This document shows, in pieces, positions 63,633-64,000 of a DNA stretch of 64,000 nt. Within the stretch, counting starts at the first letter, position 1. Each line of letters starts with the position of its first letter. The stretch is taken from contig NMRA01000050.1 of NCBI GenBank assembly GCA_002633005.1, positions 984,637 to 1,048,636 on the forward strand, given 5' to 3'. Position numbers and translations under genes: made by a program. The notes beneath the pieces are model-generated. The model was not told the DNA's origin and ran no database searches. It worked only from the letters and a program-made list of their open reading frames with translations. This DNA is from Phoronis australis. Taxonomy: Eukaryota > Animalia > Phoronida.

Positions 63633-64000
63633 CATAGACTATAGTACATGGACCGCCAACTCCGTATACTTTCAATGGACGAAATCTGTGTGCTTGCGCA
63701 CAAGCCTTTACGTCATTATTCACTGGCGACACCTGGCTAAATTATCTGGTGTAATTTCCGGCAAGTACGTCGTCTGCTAATCATGGTCGGCTGCGGTGTG
63801 GCCGGTTGTTCGGCTACGCAGGCGAAATGCAGAGGCGTTAGCTTCCATAGTGTACGGAGACCCCAAAATCCGCTGTGGGAGAAAAAGTTATGTTCTCGCG
63901 TCGACGTGAATGGAAGTTGTTCTTCCAAAAAAAACTTGTACATTTGTTCACGTCACTTCGAAGATGGGTGTTTTTTAAGAGGCTCTGGTAGGCCTACTAC
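63633..64000 (+). mobile_element. Left end of a probable P-element-like (THAP9-type) transposon, running out of the window
   Basis: Repeat B is abruptly interrupted by CATAGACTATAG, which fits the CANRG terminus of P elements; a THAP ORF follows 150 bp later. Confidence 0.55.
63783..64000 (+). CDS. THAP-domain ORF (3'-partial; missing from the ORF track)
   Basis: MVGCGVAGCSATQAKCRGVSFHSVRRPQNPLWEKKLCSRVDVNGSCSSKKNLYICSRHFEDGCF: C-x4-C, SFH, W and ICSRHF, open to the window edge; possible donor at 63988. Confidence 0.8.
   Translation, partial: MVGCGVAGCSATQAKCRGVSFHSVRRPQNPLWEKKLCSRVDVNGSCSSKKNLYICSRHFEDGCFLRGSGRPT

Overview
AT-rich, intron-rich eukaryotic DNA, probably a bilaterian marine invertebrate (inferred from the repeat types, not proven). 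Four spliced genes could be assembled by hand with GT-AG sites and consistent reading phases: (1) the 3' part of a gene with a divergent YEATS-like domain and a long disordered Ser-rich tail (+, 2211-8029); (2) a FAM179/TOGARAM-like single-TOG protein (+, 10388-~21594); (3) a 12-exon CPVL-like S10 serine carboxypeptidase (-, 45766-31989) with an intact catalytic triad but one in-frame TAG; (4) a GPI-type Ly6/quiver-like three-finger protein (-, 56500-53436). The rest is dominated by transposons: a dead mariner in a three-level nest, an internally deleted Kolobok (THAP plus a P2X7-ballast-like KolX fragment), the start of a P-like THAP element, two Helentron/HINE-like elements, several LINE relics, MITEs with 5-bp TSDs, minisatellites, and two gap-flanking duplications that look like assembly artefacts. 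The least expected signals are about 30 copies of TACATGTA (the Tc1-type excision footprint, seen as a clean 6-bp insertion inside a LINE ORF) and a ~150-bp-phased array of CTCF-like motifs carried by a HINE-like element. No CRISPR array, rRNA or intact tRNA gene is supported.
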